Positions 36,358-46,419 of a stretch of DNA of 64,000 nucleotides are shown here, piece by piece. The DNA is taken from IMG/VR virus record IMGVR_UViG_2061766007_002077; one strand, given 5' to 3'. The notes under the pieces are model-generated. The model was not told where the DNA came from. It searched no databases and saw only the letters and a program-made list of their open reading frames with translations. The position numbers were made by a program, and so were the translations under genes. Each line of letters opens with the position of its first letter. Within the stretch, counting starts at the first letter, position 1. The stretch is from an uncultured virus (IMG/VR IMGVR_UViG_2061766007_002077). Its lineage: Duplodnaviria > Heunggongvirae > Uroviricota > Caudoviricetes.

Positions 36358-36650
36358 ATGTTGTATGTGCCCAGAAATCCCATGCTTATAAATGCCATTC
36401 AATTCAATTCATGGAATGATGAATACAAGGGAAAATTCATATCCATGGGATTGAAACAGGTTCCTCAGGGGACCAACGGAAGGTGTGATTGCGGCAGACC
36501 CATGACAGACCACGCCCTGATGAACAATCAGCTGGTCTGTCCAGGACTTTATCTCCTTTATGAGGGTAATGTCATAACTTCCGTAATGAGACCTGATGAT
36601 TTCAAGNNNNNNNNNNGAGGATTTTGTAGATGCTAAAGCAGAGGTAGTTA
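36358..36650 (+). CDS. Small phage protein resembling the P.VIEAIQF...PGDY...KPDIF family (end approximate)
   Basis: PMLINAIQF...VCPGLYLL...RPDDFK pattern. Confidence 0.4.
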
Positions 36651-36653
36651 AGG

Positions 36654-37247
36654 ATGCCAAAAAAGAAAGCGGAGAAGGTGGAAACTCCTAAAAAAACCAC
36701 AAAGACCACAAAGACCGAGACAAAGAAAGATACCTTCTCTTTCGGTGGAGCAAACGGAAGGATGTCCAAAGAGGAAAGAGAGGAAATCATAAGACAGGCC
36801 ATCACTCCACCAAAACCCAAGATGGAGTATACTTTGGATGAAACCCAGTACACTCCTAAGGAATGGGTGGTTGTTGTCACTCCCAAAGGACAGATTTATC
36901 AGGAGCCCGTTCCAAGATACTTTCCGTTCAGTACATTCGTGGCAATCCTTGCTGGTTGTCCGTCAGACCCTATTGTAAGCAACAATATTGATTTTCAGGC
37001 TGACTTGAACTACACCTCCTTTGATGTTTCCGGAGTTGATTGCAGGATTGTTACCACAACCTTCGATGGACATAGAAAGGAGAATACCTATTCTTGTGTC
37101 TTTGATATAAAGAATACAACACAGAAGATTGGCGGGAACATCGTTTTCTCCGGTTCTGAAAAGGGGTTCACGGAGAAGCAGGCCCAGTCGGTTGTCAAGG
37201 CGATTATTAAAAAATTTGATAAATATGAGGAGAATGTGAAATGGTAG
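36654..37247 (+). CDS. Hypothetical protein with Lys/Thr-rich N-terminus
   Basis: 197-aa ORF with AAGG upstream. Confidence 0.65.
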   Translation: MPKKKAEKVETPKKTTKTTKTETKKDTFSFGGANGRMSKEEREEIIRQAITPPKPKMEYTLDETQYTPKEWVVVVTPKGQIYQEPVPRYFPFSTFVAILAGCPSDPIVSNNIDFQADLNYTSFDVSGVDCRIVTTTFDGHRKENTYSCVFDIKNTTQKIGGNIVFSGSEKGFTEKQAQSVVKAIIKKFDKYEENVKW

Positions 37248-37477
37248 AATTTTTGACAGAGAAAAGCAGTAATCTCCAGCTTGTCCGTTACAATGAGAGC
37301 ACAAGCACCCTTTCGGTTGTATTCCGTAATGGTGGTGAGTATGAGTATGAGAACGTTCCTGAGAAGGTTTATGAGGAACTTACTCATGCTGATTCAGCAG
37401 GAAAATATTTCATCGCAAATGTAAGGAACGCTTTTCCTTGCAAGAAAGTATCTGGTGCTCCTAGAATCCATAAGTGA
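37241..37477 (+). CDS. KTSC domain protein
   Basis: SSNL..V.YN....TL.V.FRNG..YEY.NVP..VY..L..A.S.GKYF...VR..FP is the canonical KTSC pattern. Confidence 0.85.
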   Translation: MVEFLTEKSSNLQLVRYNESTSTLSVVFRNGGEYEYENVPEKVYEELTHADSAGKYFIANVRNAFPCKKVSGAPRIHK

Positions 37478-37729
37478 TTAATGTTCTCCTGAATTGACAC
37501 TAATTATATACTATATAAATAATGTCGATTTAGGAGAGTTCTTATATGTACGCAGCTGTNNNNNNNNNNNNNNNNNNNNNNNNNNNNNNNNNNNNNNNNN
37601 NNNNNNNNNNNNNNNNNNNNNNNNNNNNNNNNNNNNNNNNNNNNNNNNNNNNNNNNNNNNNNNNNACATGCTTGGTCCTTCAAAAACATGGATTAAGTAT
37701 GCAGGCGTCAGCATAATGAACTGAGCCTC

Positions 37730-37880
37730 CTATCCCAAATCACTTGTTGGGATATTTACATATATGGTCATAAACCCCACGGGCTTCGGCGGACACAGGG
37801 GTTNNNNNNNNNNNNNNNNNNNNNNNNNNNNNNNNNNNNNNNNNNNNNNNCGTAGAAAATAATATCCCTACAAGTGGGAA
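37730..37880 (+). ncRNA. Candidate structured RNA of unknown class
   Basis: 16-bp inverted repeat with 1 mismatch (37741-37756 / 37861-37876) enclosing an AACCCC...GGGGTT stem; no ORF; followed by a terminator. Confidence 0.35.
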
Positions 37881-37912
37881 CAGGCCTCCTCATAGGGGGT
37901 CTGTATTTTTTT
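37880..37912 (+). terminator. Rho-independent terminator
   Basis: ACAGGCCTCCT-CAT-AGGGGGTCTGT plus a T-run. Confidence 0.7.
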
Positions 37913-38112
37913 AGACTTGTATTTCAGGAGTTATTAAGCCACTATTCTTATAAGCACCAACTAATTATTATGTATCTATAAAGGAGAACGCCCTACCCTT
38001 GTTTTAGATACAATCTTTTAATAGATAGAATTGTAATTATTGGAGCCAATGTCGCTCATAAATTGTGTTTGTGTTATATGGGTAAATATGAAATGAAATT
38101 GAGGATAGACAA

Positions 38113-38517
38113 GTGGCTAACGAGTTTGACCCAAAAGAGTGCCCCGTGGGAATAACTAACTCCAAGGATATACAATATCTAGGAGAGAGACTGGATATGG
38201 CGATTGAAGTACTCACTGAGAAAGTGAGTGATATGAAGCAGGACATTGAGACTCTTAACACCAATATGAACGATAAGTTTGAAAAGGTGGATAAGAGATT
38301 TGACTCGATGGATAAGAAAATTGATTCATTCAAGAAGGAAATGGATTCCAAGATTGAAGGACTCAAAAACGAGATGCCCCAGCAGATTGATGATGAAGTC
38401 ACTAAACTCAAAGGAAAGACAGCAGCAAAGGCATGGGCATGGATTTTTGTCGGTGTTGGTGGTTCAGCCGTTATTTACGTTGTATCAAGAATAGTGGCCA
38501 AACTACTTGGATTATGA
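38113..38517 (+). CDS. Coiled-coil protein with C-terminal transmembrane helix (XhlA/Bdr-like architecture)
   Basis: GAGG RBS and GTG start; DKFEKVDKRFDSMDKKID heptads; hydrophobic C-terminal segment. Confidence 0.55.
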   Translation: MANEFDPKECPVGITNSKDIQYLGERLDMAIEVLTEKVSDMKQDIETLNTNMNDKFEKVDKRFDSMDKKIDSFKKEMDSKIEGLKNEMPQQIDDEVTKLKGKTAAKAWAWIFVGVGGSAVIYVVSRIVAKLLGL

Positions 38518-38629
38518 TATAAAGAAGTAACTTTCCTAAGGTAAGGTAGGGGAGTGAAAATGAGGACTGGCTCCTTGTCTGGAGATAAAAAGATTTGGAG
38601 CCAATATATTTTGGTATATACCAACTTAT

Positions 38630-38661
38630 CTTAAAGCTCTTGGCTTTAAGATTTTTTTTTT
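38630..38661 (+). terminator. Rho-independent terminator
   Basis: CTTAAAGC-TCTTG-GCTTTAAG followed by A and a T-run. Confidence 0.6.
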
Positions 38662-38687
38662 GCTTTTTAAGCATTATAATATATAAT

Positions 38688-39680
38688 ATGAGAGAATATC
38701 AGGAAACAGATGTATGTTCTTTCCCTACGGAAGAAGATGCAGTGAAATATTACAAAGAATGGTACAGAAAATACGGTTATCCGGACTATGATGAGGATAA
38801 CTACAATCCGTTCAATGAGATAGATTCACTGGTCAGATTTGATGAGAAGAGCATACGGAAAGGGGATACGCTTGACCAGACGATGCATAGTTGCGGTTAT
38901 NNNNNNNNNNNNNNNNNNTGGGTAAACACCAAGCCTGCGGGTGGAAGGTCATTCATGGAGTGCTGGAATGATGATAAGTTGTTCTCAGAACTCATAAGGA
39001 AGGCCGTTCCTTGGGTGAAGAAGCATGACAACGGAAAATGGACTACAAACAGGATAAGACAACTTGCCAAGGTTTATTGTTCAAAGCAGTCCGTCAGTAA
39101 CTTCCGTCCATCAGTTGCCAAGTATATCTATAATATATATGGCAACAAGGGGAAGGTTCTTGACCCTTGTGGTGGTTGGGGTGGTAGGATGTTCGGATTC
39201 CTTGCAAGCAAATGTAAGGAGTATGAATGTTGTGACCCCAATACTCTTACCTGTGATGGGTTGAGGAAGTTGGCTTCAACCTACTCTTTCCTTGGTAAGG
39301 AAGTCAAGNNNNNNNNNNNNNNNNNNNNNNNNCTCACCGAGGAAGGACTACTTTGATTTGGCCTTTACTTCTCCTCCATATTTCAATACAGAGGAATATG
39401 CGGAGGAGGATACACAGAGTTATATAAGATATCCGGAATATGACCAGTGGATTGAGGGTTTCCTAAGACCTATGATAACCAAGTGCCATGAAGCAGTGAA
39501 GTCCAACGGATATGCTATANNNNNNNNNNNNNNNNNNNNNGTGTTTCCCTTGAAGAGGACACCCTGAGGATTGCAGAGGAAGTGGGGTTGACCCATGACC
39601 ATACATTGAAGATGGTTCTCAGCAGTATAGCTGGGAAGGGGATTAAATATGAACCGATATTTGTGTTCAAGAAGTTGTAA
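38688..39680 (+). CDS. DNA amino-methyltransferase (m4C/m6A)
   Basis: NFRP, DPCGGWGGR (motif I) and FTSPPYF (motif IV); rejoined across N-runs; ends YEPIFVFKKL*. Confidence 0.8.
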
Positions 39681-39704
39681 TTTATTTGTAGAGAGGTTTG
39701 TAGT

Positions 39705-40040
39705 ATGAGAAACATTAGGAATCCTTTGTGTGGTGAGAAATACACCTATGTCACAGGAGAAAGCGCACTTGGTAATGATAATCCTACCAATCATATTTTT
39801 GAAGTAAGAAGAACCTATGATGATGCCCTTGTATCCAAGGTTATTTTTCATAGTGGTCCATTCAGCGTAAATACAATCAATGGTCTTTTGAATGAGGACT
39901 TGATAATTATGTTGATTGACAGACTTGAAAGTTTTCAGAAGAGCAAGTTGAAGTGTAGGGAGAATGAGTTTGCACTTGAGAAGCTCTATGAAGCATTGTT
40001 CTGGATGAATCAGAGACAGATAAACAAGAAAGGTGAATAA
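39705..40040 (+). CDS. tad1: Tad1-like anti-defence (immune-signal sponge) protein
   Basis: IFHSGP...NG...EDL...LIDRLESFQ....CREN..AL.KL.EALFWMNQR matches the recalled Tad1 core DRL.SFQ...SREN..AL...EEAL.WMN.R. Confidence 0.6.
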   Translation: MRNIRNPLCGEKYTYVTGESALGNDNPTNHIFEVRRTYDDALVSKVIFHSGPFSVNTINGLLNEDLIIMLIDRLESFQKSKLKCRENEFALEKLYEALFWMNQRQINKKGE

Positions 40041-40168
40041 AAAAATTTTCAACTAATTTAAAAAAGAAGTTAAAAACCTTTTTAGATTGCTTATACTAAT
40101 TATNNNNNNNNNNCTCAATTTTTTAAACCCTAAAAATGAAAAATTATTTTATTGGGAGTATATTAAAA

Positions 40169-40765
40169 TTGAAAAAAATATTTATACTAACTATTTTGAC
40201 AATAATGATACTTCCATTAATGGCATATACCTATCAGACTGATACAGTGGTCATAAGGTCTACGGTATCCAAGATAACACTGAGTCAAGCAGCTGTTAGC
40301 GGTGACGGAATGTTAGGACTGTATAGGTTATATGGAGGTCTTGAATCTGCCAGCGATGCTAAGTTGGATTCATTGATAGCTGAAGACATATCAGAAAGGG
40401 ATGTGACCATATACTTCAGGATTGCTCAGCTGGCCAAGACAAGGACAGATGAATCCATAAGTATTTCAGTGGAAGCTGATAGTCTGGTGAATGTGGATTC
40501 AGACTTTCTGACTTCACAGGATTCCACAACGGTGGTAAGTACACCAACTCCTGTGATTTCAGATGTGAATTGTTTGAGTATGGATTACTTACAAGTGACC
40601 TATGCTCCCGAAGGAAATGGAATATCTTTTCACTTGGCCTATTCGTCGGGTAGGCCAATTGAGAATATAAATCTGGCTTTCTTCACAGCAACATGGAAGA
40701 AGACAGAAGGCTTAGCTCCTGGTGAGTATATATCAAATATCACCATGAGTTATATCACAAATTGA
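40169..40765 (+). CDS. Secreted pilin-like protein A
   Basis: Signal peptide (L/M)KKIFILTILTIMILPLMA; C-terminal PGEYISNITMSY; alternative start at 40136. Confidence 0.55.
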   Translation: MKKIFILTILTIMILPLMAYTYQTDTVVIRSTVSKITLSQAAVSGDGMLGLYRLYGGLESASDAKLDSLIAEDISERDVTIYFRIAQLAKTRTDESISISVEADSLVNVDSDFLTSQDSTTVVSTPTPVISDVNCLSMDYLQVTYAPEGNGISFHLAYSSGRPIENINLAFFTATWKKTEGLAPGEYISNITMSYITN

Positions 40766-40797
40766 AAAAATTTAAATCCTATAGGAGAATAAAAATT

Positions 40798-41404
40798 ATG
40801 AAGAAAATTCTTATCGCACTTTTGATGATGGCAGTTGTTCTTGTTGGTGTTTTCGCAGACCCCACAGTTGCTGGTTCTCAGGCATCCAACGGTACAGCCA
40901 CACTTCAGATTACCACAAAGGTTACTGAAGAGTTCCCCACATTCGCTATGAAGGTTACTTCTGGTGCAGCACTTTCAAGTGTTACAATTGGTACAGTAGC
41001 CCCTGTTGTAGCAGCTACTGCTAATGATGCTCTTATCGGTGATGATACTTATACTGTAGCTTTTGGTATTTATCAGACTAACAAATCAAAGACTTCTGCA
41101 TTGTATCAGTTCACAGTTGCAGCTACTGACCTCGTTCTCATCACAAAGGCTGATGGAACAGCAGTTCATTCTGTAGGTGACACAGTTTCTGAGGATACTG
41201 AAAAGTTTGTTTGCACAACTTATACTCCTGCAGTTACAGTTGGAGCAACAGCTGGTAAGTTTGGTCAGGGCACTTCTGCTAACATCATTCACTATCATGG
41301 AAGTAGCGTTCTTGCTAACACAGACCTTGCTACATTCAGTGNNNNNNNNNNNNNNNNNNNNNNNNNNNNNNNNNNNNNNNNNNNNNNNNNNNATCACTGA
41401 ATAA
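40798..41404 (+). CDS. Secreted pilin-like protein B (putative major subunit)
   Basis: AGGAG RBS; signal MKKILIALLMMAVVLVGVFA; Thr/Ala/Val-rich; strongly NNT/NNA-biased codons; followed by hairpins. Confidence 0.6.
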
Positions 41405-41430
41405 GGTTCTTATAAGAACCTGCGTTTTAT

Positions 41431-41480
41431 AAGGGCCATAATTTAATTAAAAGAAGTTGGATTATGGCCCTTAAATTTTT
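41431..41480 (+). terminator. Hairpin/terminator after the putative major subunit
   Basis: AGGGCCATAAT...ATTATGGCCCT inverted repeat; also palindrome AGGTTCTTATAAGAACCT at 41404-41421. Confidence 0.5.
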
Positions 41481-41521
41481 ATCTTGTATATATAATTTTT
41501 TTACAAATGTTGGAGAAATAT

Positions 41522-42057
41522 ATGAAAAAAGTATTAACAATTCTGATGTTGTTTGTTATGGCTCTCTCATATATTTATGCTTCTTCAGAAAATATCCAGT
41601 TCAATGTACACTGGGTTATCTCCAACATAAAAACAACAACCATACANNNNNNNNNNNNNNNNNNNNNNNNNNNNNNTCCTTGCCACAGGACTTGAATGAT
41701 AGATACCTTAAGGAAATCTACCCAGTCGATACCACTCCCTGTAGTGTCTGTCTGATTAAATACACAACAAACGTAAAGGGTACTCATAAGCTAGAGTTCT
41801 CAGCTACTCCAATGGAGAGTCAGCTGACATCTGAAGAGCACCCTTATTCTTTATACATTACTTATGGAAGTGGATTCCCAGTCATTCTTGATGTAGACCC
41901 TAGTGAATCTGACAATTCAAAGGCTCTTACCTTTTCTGTAATAGGTTCAGGTGAGACCACAGCCAATATTTACTTGGATGCAGTTCTCACTGACATAGAT
42001 GAGATGATGATTGGTGACTATACCTCAACAGTGACAATAGCGAGGATTTCAGAATGA
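41522..42057 (+). CDS. Secreted pilin-like protein C
   Basis: GGAG RBS; signal MKKVLTILMLFVMALSYIYA; rejoined; C-terminal GDYTSTVTIARISE. Confidence 0.55.
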
Positions 42058-42640
42058 AGAAGATTTTGATTTTCGTGTTCTTACTGATATCCCTTAATCT
42101 CTTTGCTACCTCAACTACTGGATATGTATATATAAACGGATACTTTGAGGAGCAGGAGTCCACTGTTATCTTCAAGGTATGGAGAGAAACCTATTCCACA
42201 GAATCAGACAGAATCTATCATGCTGGTGATATATACATGGCGGGTGATCCTACCACTGGGGAAGAGACCATTTTCAATTGGTTACTCTCAGGCAACAAAA
42301 GTATGACAGTGAATCTTACGTTCACAATCACTCCTTTGCAGGCCTTTTCCAATGGAACATACTATATTCCAAAACATACAGTCAAGATGTACGATGGTGT
42401 CTTGACAAAGACCCATGATTTTGCCACATCTACAACTGGAACATCACCTTATCCAGAATACAGACAGTCCAGTTCTGGAGCGGGTGCATTTATTATCAAT
42501 TCAGCGGTATTCACTTATATTGAAAGTATAAGNNNNNNNNNNNNNNTTATTGCACTTTTGAGATACTTGAATATGATGAAGATACTGCTGGTAACTTTGA
42601 TTATGTCAGTTATGTGACAGTGGAGTTCAGCCCCGTATGA
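42054..42640 (+). CDS. Secreted pilin-like protein D
   Basis: Signal MKKILIFVFLLISLNLFA; rejoined; C-terminal AGNFDYVSYVTVEFSPV*. Confidence 0.55.
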
Positions 42641-43172
42641 AGAAAGTCTTAGTTTCAATTATAATTCTATTTGTAACTTTCTCATTGTTCGCTTGGAAAG
42701 AACTCAACTATGCAGCTTCAAATCAAGANNNNNNNNNNNNNNNNNNNNNNNNNNNNNNNNNNNNNNNNNNNNNNNNNNNNNNNNNNNNNNNNNNNNNNNN
42801 NNNNNNNNNNNNNNNNNNNNNNNNNNNNNNAAAACTGTTCCAGGACTTCTGATTGCCAATTTCTCTCTGATTTCTTCAAGTTCAGATTACAGACTGACAA
42901 TCACCCATGATAAACTTGTAAATACCGCAAATCATAATCTTGTCTATGATTATGAACTTTGTACAGTATATTCTGTTTTAAGGGATTCCACAATGATTCA
43001 GCATACTGTCTATTGCACTTCCAATCCAGACAGCTCAGTTCTGAATTTTGATGAAATCCATGGTATTCTGATGTTGCAGAACGCTGGACTCTATTTCAGA
43101 CTCTGCACTGAAGTCCAGGATGCTGGACTTTATAATTCTACCGTCACTTTAGTATTGGAGAGCCTGCAATGA
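42637..43172 (+). CDS. Secreted pilin-like protein E
   Basis: Signal MKKVLVSIIILFVTFSLFA; rejoined; C-terminal AGLYNSTVTLVLESLQ. Confidence 0.55.
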
Positions 43173-44382
43173 AAAGAGTACTTATACTTCTGATAATTCT
43201 TCTGTGTTCTCCTTTACTTTTCGGTGCTGAGCAGGTCTGGTTCATGCACTCCACAAGAATGACGGACAACATCAATCTTGAGGATACCTATTATCTTCCT
43301 AACTATACGAAGACATGGACACAAGACAAGAGCTTAGGTGACCCTATCAAGGGAACCTACAGTACGATAAATACCCTTGGTAACTTCGGTGTCATGTCTT
43401 GTGACCATAAGCTTTGTTTCACCATTACAACAGACGGAAGATTCACTTCTCAATCAGACCCGTCCAAATACAGAGAATACTATTTGGCCATGAGACCAAG
43501 ATGCAGAATCAAAGGTGGAAGTGATACTGACTATAACAGAGGTTCAAATGGTGTCAGAGTAGAGACCTCTGAAAGACTTATCAACACAAAGTTGACAGGT
43601 TATATGTCTTATATTACTCCACCAGTATCTTCTTCTGGTAGTGCTGTTCCCATTGACGCAGCAGGTACAATAAAGACAATAGACAGATTCCATGCTGACC
43701 TGATTGTTTGTATGGATGAACTTACATCAGCAGACCGTCAACATTTGTCTGAGAAAGATGATTATTTCACAACATTCACAATAGAATGGCACTGTGAAGA
43801 AAATGGCTGTGACAATCCAAATCATACCGGTCATTATACAATGACCTTGAAGGGATACTACGGAGAGGATGACCCTCAGTACAGTCTTGTATCTCTGTTT
43901 GTCAATCCAACAGTTCAGGCAAGAAACCTTGATATACTTGNNNNNNNNNNNNNNNNNNNNNNNNAGTCATTGCCAATATGTCTTTCTATTGTGCATCCAA
44001 AGCCAAGTTCAATTGGAAAGACAAGGTTTATGTCTATCTGTCAGCCAGTGACAACTCAAAGACCTCTAATTCAAACGGCTTTGTTCTCAGAAACAGGGTA
44101 ACCACACAAGGCATACCTTACACATTAAATNNNNNNNNNNNNNNNNNNNNNNNNNNTAATGGAAAGAAACCTGTTCATTATATAGATTTCACAAGTTCTC
44201 AGACAAGTCTGTTGGACAGAGAGGGAAATACAAGTTATTCCATTGTTTTCAATGGTGAGGTACAGATAGATTTCGGTGACTTGACAGAAGCTGAGATAAA
44301 TGCCAATCTGTTGATGTATGGTGGTGTATATACTTCAAATATCTACTACTATGTGGTGACTTCAGAGAACAATTATCTTTAA
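43169..44382 (+). CDS. Secreted ~400-aa two-domain protein F (putative tip adhesin)
   Basis: Signal MKRVLILLIILLCSPLLFG; rejoined across N-runs; C-terminal GGVYTSNIYYYVVT. Confidence 0.55.
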
Positions 44383-44420
44383 GAATTTCGAACCTATAGG
44401 ATTTGGTTTCGTTATATATC

Positions 44421-44448
44421 AGCCCCTAGAAATAGGGGCTACCTTTTG
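44421..44448 (+). terminator. Terminator after the secreted-protein operon
   Basis: AGCCCCTA-GAAA-TAGGGGCT hairpin. Confidence 0.6.
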
Positions 44449-44510
44449 CCCTGAAAAGGTTTGGAGTTCCCCCATTATTGACTAACTTTATATAAGGAAA
44501 ATAAAAATAT

Positions 44511-44969
44511 GTGTTTGAAGANNNNNNNNNNNNNNNNNNNNNNNNNNNNNNNNNNNNNNTCAGCAGTACTGAGGAGAATCACTGGGTAAATCATATCTGT
44601 GATGAATATGTCAATGCAGACCAGAAATCAGTAGGCGGTTATGCCAATCTTCACGGATTCCAGGAAGGTTGCGAGGGTAACTGGACATATTGGGTCGGAG
44701 TTGACATGAGATGGCTTGGAATCAGAATAGCTGATGTGGTCATTAAGTGCAAGACTAAGAGTATGTATGACTATTACATTAATCTTGTCAAGCATGGTAA
44801 TGAGTTCCACAGTGGGGTCAATCTGATTGCCCAGGCAGTGAGGGAGGATTCAAGACTCTGGTGCCGTGATGGGGATGATGTTGAGACAGAGTTCATCTTC
44901 AAGTGGGGTGATGAGGATAAGAGCTTTGACGTCCATTTGGGCGGTGACAGATACGCAGAAGAAAAATAG
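44511..44969 (+). CDS. Hypothetical protein
   Basis: ORF with AAGGA RBS; start near 44509-44511. Confidence 0.6.
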   Translation: MFEXXXXXXXXXXXXXXSSTEENHWVNHICDEYVNADQKSVGGYANLHGFQEGCEGNWTYWVGVDMRWLGIRIADVVIKCKTKSMYDYYINLVKHGNEFHSGVNLIAQAVREDSRLWCRDGDDVETEFIFKWGDEDKSFDVHLGGDRYAEEK

Positions 44970-45036
44970 ATTATCTTTTTAGAGTATTGTAATCAAGACT
45001 AATTTTGTATATTCTATATATAGGAGAAATAAACAT

Positions 45037-45570
45037 ATGAGTACAAATGGATTTAAGCTTTCACCTCCTTGGACAACCTATTGGAGACAGCTTGAAGCAC
45101 TTTTCAATGGAGACCCTGACATTGAAATAGGTCAGCTTTATGACACAGACGACAAGAAGGAAATCTGGATTTATGTTTCCAACGAAAAGAAGTTCAGAGC
45201 TCTCAACAATCTTCTTCCTAAGTATCATACTTTCGGTAATGTGAAGGTCAAGAATGTCCTGAAGCTCAAGGGAGCTCCAGAGGCAGATCCTTTCCAGGAC
45301 CTCAAGGACCTCTTTGAGGGTAATCCTAGAGTNNNNNNNNNNNNNNNNNNNNNNNATTTTGCTAATGTCAAGCATCTCTTTGTCAACTTTAAGCCTGAAG
45401 TCATTCAGTTTCCTAATGATGATACTTCTGATTACTATGGTCTCTACACGGGCCTCGCAGAAGACATTGCTAGAGAGGTTTTCGAGATGGACTACAACGG
45501 AGCTCACTTCTCAACAGCTCCTATCAGAAAAGAGGAAAATGTAAATAAGCCTCTTGGAGAGTGGCCCTGA
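45037..45570 (+). CDS. Hypothetical phage protein (LSPPW N-terminal motif)
   Basis: AGGAG RBS; 177 aa; terminator downstream. Confidence 0.7.
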   Translation: MSTNGFKLSPPWTTYWRQLEALFNGDPDIEIGQLYDTDDKKEIWIYVSNEKKFRALNNLLPKYHTFGNVKVKNVLKLKGAPEADPFQDLKDLFEGNPRXXXXXXXXXFANVKHLFVNFKPEVIQFPNDDTSDYYGLYTGLAEDIAREVFEMDYNGAHFSTAPIRKEENVNKPLGEWP

Positions 45571-45592
45571 TTCCTTAATCATATAAGACAAT

Positions 45593-45619
45593 ACCCTTCC
45601 ATTTTGGAAGGGTTTTTTT
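45593..45619 (+). terminator. Rho-independent terminator
   Basis: ACCCTTCCA-TTT-TGGAAGGGT plus a T-run. Confidence 0.7.
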
Positions 45620-45654
45620 GTAACCATTTATCTATATGTTTGTTTAATATATAG

Positions 45655-46331
45655 ATGGATAGGATGACGATTATGTGCGTAGATGACCAGATTTTAAGTG
45701 CATATATAGATGGCGAATTAAGCGAGCCTTGGAGAACTCAGATAGATGAACATCTTGAATGGTGCGAAGCCTGTAAAAAGAGATTGGAAGATTTGAAGAA
45801 AGTTCATAATGTGGTGAGTAATGCCGTTCTTGATGATAGTTCAATCGGACTTTCACAGAACAGAGTTATGAGGTATCTCAATGCCAATGTTCTCAATAAG
45901 GAGAAGCACACCTGGTTACAGAAACTTCATAAGATTGTCAGTAAAAAGGTTTTACTGCCGATATGCTCAGCAGCACTTACTTTNNNNNNNNNNNNNNNNN
46001 NNNNNNNNNNNNNNNTGAGAAGGTCAATGAGATTGCCCCTATTGAGAATACTCCCTCTCTTACCATAGAGAACATAACACCAGTCAGACTTACAGACAAT
46101 TACACAACGAATGAGACCCTTGATAAATACTCTCTTGATGATATATTGAGATATCTTGATGAATCAGGATATGATGTTTCAATAAGAGTCAAATCAATCA
46201 ATCCGATTGAAACTGGAGAAGTCATAAAAAGTGATTATAATCCTCTTCCGACTTTAAAGTTTCCTGTTACTGGGTCTTCTGAATTCAAATTGACAAATAA
46301 ATCTTATTTCACATTCAGAGGAGATTTATAA
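45655..46331 (+). CDS. Zinc-binding (zf-HC2/ZAS) membrane-anchored anti-sigma factor
   Basis: LSAYIDGEL...EHLEWCEAC HxxxCxxC motif, then a hydrophobic segment; rejoined across the N-run with 45963..46331. Confidence 0.75.
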
Positions 46332-46419
46332 GAAGTACATTGACTCCGATTTTTGACATTTGAAATAATTCTTACCCCTTTCTTATTATATTATATATGT
46401 AGGAAAGGGGTTCATTTTT

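Noticed and set aside
37730..37880. Retron msr-msd or tRNA interpretation of the inverted repeat
   Set aside because: No reverse transcriptase in the window and no tRNA T-loop or acceptor signature visible; kept only as an unclassified RNA candidate
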